Source: Octopus sinensis (lineage: Eukaryota). From it: a stretch of 11,144 nucleotides of DNA. Below, piece by piece: positions 7,010 through 11,144 of this stretch; within the stretch, counting starts at the first letter, position 1, and the number at the start of each line of letters is the position of its first letter. Made by a program: the position numbers and the translations under genes. The stretch covers positions 1 through 11,144 of the forward strand of contig NW_021827091.1 of the NCBI RefSeq assembly GCF_006345805.1, written 5' to 3'. The notes under the pieces were generated by a model. That model worked only from the letters and a program-made list of their open reading frames with translations. It did not search any database and was not told where the DNA came from.

Positions 7010-7222
7010 GGTTTGAAATTTTGCCACACGGATAGCAATTTTTAGAGAGAGGATGAGTCGATTGTATCGATCCCAGTACCCGACTGGTACTTACTTTATC
7101 GACACCAAGTTGATGAAGGCAAAGTCGACATCAGTGGAATTTGAGCTCAGAACGTTAATATGGACGAAATGCCGCCGAGCACTGTACTCGGCGTGCTAAC
7201 GATTCTGCCAGCTCGCCGCCTT
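7010..7222 (-). mobile_element. tRNA-derived SINE family A, near full length
   Basis: Minus strand: head GGCGGCGAGCTGGCAGAATCGTTAGCACGCCG, then a B-box-like segment, the central GTCGACTTTGCCTTCATC...GTCGATAAAGTAAGTACCAG block, and tail AAAATTTCAAACC followed by (ATT)n. Confidence 0.9.
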
Positions 7223-7423
7223 CTGGTTAAACTGTAATAATAACAGTATAACTGGCGAGTAAGAGAGAGAAAATTAACTCGGAATTGAAGGATAAAAAGA
7301 AACGTTGAAGATGAAGGAATCTGAGGGGGTTGAAAAACGAAATGGAGGCCAAAAAGAAGGAGAAAAAGGGCAAGAGAGATGAATCGGATGAAAAAAGAGA
7401 ACCGGATAAAGTCGTTGATTACA

Positions 7424-7990
7424 AATACATAGGCATACATAAATACATATATACATGCATACCTACATTATACATTCATACATATATACATACATTATAC
7501 ATAAATACATGCATACATACATACATACATATATACATACATACTTATATACATACAATATATACATACATATATACATACATTCATACACACATACATA
7601 CACACACACATATATACATACATATATATATATATAAATGCATGCATGCATACATACATACATATATACATACACACACATATATACATACATATATATA
7701 TATATATAAATGCATGCATGCATACATACATACATATATACATACACACATACATACACACATGCATACATACCTACATACATACACACGTACATGCATA
7801 CCTACATACATACACACATACATACATACATACATACATACATACACACATACATGCATACATACCTACATACACACACGTCATGCATATACATACATAC
7901 ATAATACACACATCACATACACATACATACATACTACATACATACATACATACATACAAAATAACATACATACTACATACATGCATGCAC
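7424..7990. repeat. Long degenerate (TACA)n/(CA)n/(TA)n array with an internal duplicated block
   Basis: Read directly. The block TATAAATGCATGCATGCATACATACATACATATATACATACACACA occurs near 7633 and again near 7705. Confidence 0.96.
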
Positions 7991-8150
7991 GTTGTATGAT
8001 ACTAATAAGATGATATCTTTTCGAACGCAGAGTTGCCGTTAGAATAGCAGAAATACAAGGCGGAAAAATTTGTCAACGATACATATTTCGACACTTCTCA
8101 TAAAAACAACAAACAAATATTTGTTTGTTTACATTTATATACACATGGTT

Positions 8151-8153
<3 letters not shown>

Positions 8154-8198
<45 letters not shown>

Positions 8199-8292
8199 AC
8201 ACGCACACGCACACCCATCACACATATCACTCACACTTACACACACACATATCACACACATATACACATATCACACACACATATATACATAC
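8154..8292. repeat. (CA)n microsatellite, degenerate to the right
   Basis: Read directly from the sequence. Confidence 0.96.
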
Positions 8293-8504
8293 AGCATCTT
8301 GTATTTCAAATACTATAAACCAAATGCTCTGAGCACGGATATTGCTTGTAGACACAGAACACGTTACGAAATTTGCCTAACCGCGTGTTTTAATAGTAAG
8401 AAACTAGTCGCTCTTATTCTAATACAATGTACATTAAATGATATTTATATCCATTTTTTTTATTGATCCCCTCAATTATGGAACAATAAACTACATAATA
8501 CACA

Positions 8505-8718
8505 TACTCTCTTTTACTCTCTTTTACTTGTTTCAGTCATTTGACTGTGGCCATGCTGGAGCACTGCCTTTAGTCGAGCAAATCAACCCCAGGACTTATT
8601 CTTTGTAAGCCCAGTACTTATTCTATCGGTCTTTTTTGCCGAAACGCTAAGTTACATGGACGTAAACACACCAGCATCGGTTGTCAAGCGATGTTGGGGG
8701 GGGACAAACATAGACCCA

Positions 8719-8765
<47 letters not shown>

Positions 8766-8974
8766 GTATATACATATATATATGTATATACATATATATA
8801 TGTATATACATATATATATGTATATACATATATACGACGGGCTTCATTCAGCTTCCGTCTACCAAATCCACTCACAATGCTTTGGTCGAAGACACTTGCC
8901 AAAGGTACCGCACAGTGGGACTGAACCCGGAACCACATGGTTCGTAAGCAAGCCACTTATCACACAGACCCCAC
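8505..8974 (-). mobile_element. tRNA-derived SINE family B (CORE-like) with internal microsatellite
   Basis: Minus strand: head GTCTGTGTGATAAG...GGTTCCGGGTTCAGTCCC (A/B-box-like), CORE-like ACCTTTGGCAAGTGTCTTC, an internal TA/TG array, and tail GCATGGCCACAGTCAAATGACTGAAACAAGTAAAAGAGAGTAAAAGAG. Confidence 0.85.
8722..8834. repeat. (CA)n followed by four perfect copies of the 18-mer CATATATATATGTATATA (8755-8826)
   Basis: Counted directly. Confidence 0.95.
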
Positions 8975-9060
8975 ACATATTTATCTATGTATATATATAT
9001 ATATATATATATATACGTTTGTAAGTACATATGTGTGTTTGTGTGTGTATGTGTATGTAT

Positions 9061-9207
9061 GTAAAGCTGCTTATTGTGATCACTTTGGGAAGGAACTGTT
9101 CAGTTAACAATAAGCAGCTAATATTAAGCATACATAACTGAGATTGGTTTCTGGGCCTAGTGACTTTGATAATAATCACTAACCGTGATTACAATCAGTG
9201 GCCACCA
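9061..9207. mobile_element. Possible degenerate MITE (Tc1/pogo-Tigger-like architecture)
   Basis: GCTGCTTATTGTGATCA (9066-9082) and TGATTACAATCAGTGGC (9186-9202) form an imperfect inverted pair (13/17). There is also an internal perfect 13-bp inverted repeat at 9065-9077/9107-9119. No TSD is evident. Confidence 0.4.
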
Positions 9208-9449
9208 CCATAGAAAATTATGGTGATACAATGAAGAATAATAGGAAAGATGAGAAGGAACACATGTAAGTAGATATATGAGGAAATATGTTCCAGCCGT
9301 GATCATCCTGTCAAGATGTATAAGAGGGACGAAGCTGATCAATATGACATTTGTTTTAATTTTGTTAATGAGATTTGAGTGAAATTAGATTGGTTTTTTC
9401 TAACAATCCGGGTTACTGCGTGCATTCTTTCTTGTTAGTAAAAATTTTT

Positions 9450-9772
9450 AAGAAAAAAAAAAAATAGAGAATGAAAAAAAAAGGAATAAAATAAATAAGA
9501 AAGAAAAGTGAGAATCAAAGAAAAGTGAAAAACGAAATGAAAAGAGATGATAGGAAATGAAATGAAAGAAATTCAAAGAAAAGGCGAGAGAAAAGAATGA
9601 CGGAAAAAAAAATCAAGAAAAAGACAGGACAGAGAGTGAAGGAGAAAGAGAGGGAGAAAGAGAGAGAGAGAGAGGGAGGGAGGGAGAGAGGGAGGAAGAG
9701 AAGGAGAGAGAGAGAGAGAGAAAGGTGGGGACGAGAAGAACGGAGGAAATGAAGTAAAAGAAAAAAAAAAAA
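9450..9772. repeat. Polypurine A/GA-rich low-complexity tract
   Basis: Read directly; includes (GA)n and (GGGA)n at about 9640-9725. Confidence 0.92.
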
Positions 9773-10171
9773 TGGGATTCAGGGGAGTTGAAAGGACTGG
9801 CGTTATTTTTTAGACGGAAGTCATAGAGTTTGTCTTGAACCGAGTGGTGGAGCTGGTGTCAAAATGTAAACACACACACACACACATACACATGCATACA
9901 AACAGCCGTTAATAATAAACACATGGATGCACATAATTAAACACACACAAGTTTTTTGTGTATTTATAAGCGTGTATACACACAGGGACACATGATATGC
10001 ATACATACGCACATACATGTGTAAAGATGTATATATCTGTATATATAAATATATATAAATTTCTATATATGTATGTGTGTCTACACACACACACACTCAC
10101 ACACACATATTTATATATATATATGTGTGTGTGTATATATATATCTATATGCGTGTATATATATATACGTT

Positions 10172-10476
10172 AGGCACAGGCGTGGCTGTGAGGTTCAGCT
10201 TTGTAGATTTGGTAAATGGAAACTGAAAGAAGCCTATCGTATATAGATGTGTGTGTGTCTTTATATCTGTGTTTATCCCACCCCGCCTTCAAACTACCGG
10301 CGTTGATGTGTTTACGTCCTCGTAACTTAGCGATTCGATGAAAAGGGGATATAATATGTAACAGGCTTAAAAAATTTGATGCGGGATCGGTTCATTCGAC
10401 TAAAGATTCTTGGAAGCGTGCCCCAGCATGGTCGCTGTCTACTGTCTGAAACAAGTAAAAGATAAAAGATAAAAGA
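10172..10476 (+). mobile_element. SINE family B copy, diverged, with deletions in the head and CORE region
   Basis: GGCACAGGCGTGGCTGTG head, GATTTGGTAAATGGAAACTGAAAGAAGCC, GTGTTTACGTCCTCGTAACTTAGCG and tail CCAGCATGG...CTGAAACAAGTAAAAGATAAAAGA are reverse complements of blocks in 8505-8974. Confidence 0.85.
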
Positions 10477-10657
10477 GATGTATGTGTGGATATAACTGAC
10501 TAAATAAAAAGTACTCAATAACATGGGAGAGATTAATGGTATATTATGGACAGGTCAATCTATTGCAACTTTGAGTTTCATCCTTTTGCACAGATGGTCT
10601 CCTGACCCTTTGTGCCAACAGGCGAAACTCGACGAACACAGATAAACATATTGTATG

Positions 10658-10763
10658 GTATGCATGTATGTATGTATGTATGTATGTATGTGTGTGGTGT
10701 GTGTATATATAAATATATATAAACATACATACATACATACATACCTACATACATACATATATA

Positions 10764-10827
<64 letters not shown>
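10658..10827. repeat. (TATG)n / (TACA)n / (TA)n compound microsatellite
   Basis: Read directly. The TATG and CATA runs are mutually inverted. Confidence 0.95.
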
Positions 10828-10830
<3 letters not shown>

Positions 10831-11144
10831 GGAGTATAACTCCAAACTTACTGGGAACAATTCAATTTAGTATTAAGTCAAAATTCATATATAAATATAT
10901 ATATAAATTAGAGAAAAATTCATATATATAAGTCACACATACACGCGCAGGACAAACACACACACCACACACAATATATATATATATATAATAAATGGTG
11001 TGTGTTATATATGTTATATATACGTATATATGAATCGATATATGTATTTATGCATATGATACAAGCATATATAAATATCTACACATACATATATGCATGC
11101 ATACATACCTACATACGTACACATATATATGCATGTAGTTTGTA

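Noticed and set aside
8070-8102. Minus-strand TGTCGAAATATGTATCGTTGA resembling the 3' half of the motif at 5266-5308
   Set aside because: The match is too short, with no core box or stem II partner.
7330-8466. Many ORFs up to 227 aa (HTYI/MYVC/HT repeats), plus similar poly-I/Y/L ORFs at 3902-5383 and 8647-10870
   Set aside because: They are translations of stop-poor microsatellites and contain no domain content.
9200-9271. Exon ending at a perfect GTAAGT donor (9266-9271)
   Set aside because: No polypyrimidine acceptor lies upstream, and the frame is incompatible with the downstream candidate exon.
10600-10635. Hammerhead-like CTGA...GCC-AACA-GGC-GAAAC
   Set aside because: CTGA is followed by CCCTTTGT rather than NGA, and there is no convincing stem I.

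Overview
AT-rich, repeat-dominated eukaryotic DNA, either intronic or intergenic. No intact host gene, RNA gene or CRISPR array is supported. The SINE families and microsatellite density look to me like an Octopus-type coleoid cephalopod genome, but this is pattern recognition and is unverified. Most listed ORFs are translations of microsatellites. The window holds decayed retroelements of several classes: (1) a 5'-truncated RTE-like LINE end with three C2H2 fingers inside a (TATG)n tract; (2) two Penelope-like (PLE) relics missed or only partly shown by the ORF track, namely an RT fragment (SYDGAE/YRDD, minus strand, 461-747) and a GIY-YIG fragment followed by degenerate minimal hammerhead motifs (minus strand, about 5190-5763); (3) three fragments of restriction-like-endonuclease (R4/Dong-like) LINEs; (4) a possible LINE 5' end/ORF1; (5) two tRNA-derived SINE families; (6) a possible MITE. 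The most striking structure is a stack at 2721-5187 in which unrelated retroelements are each separated by (AAT)n tracts, consistent with repeated microsatellite-targeted insertion. I see no compelling evidence for a wholly new biological system. The best leads are the AAT-targeted stack, its unclassified 552-bp non-coding unit, a SINE nested between the promoter boxes of a related SINE, and the hammerhead-like relics.
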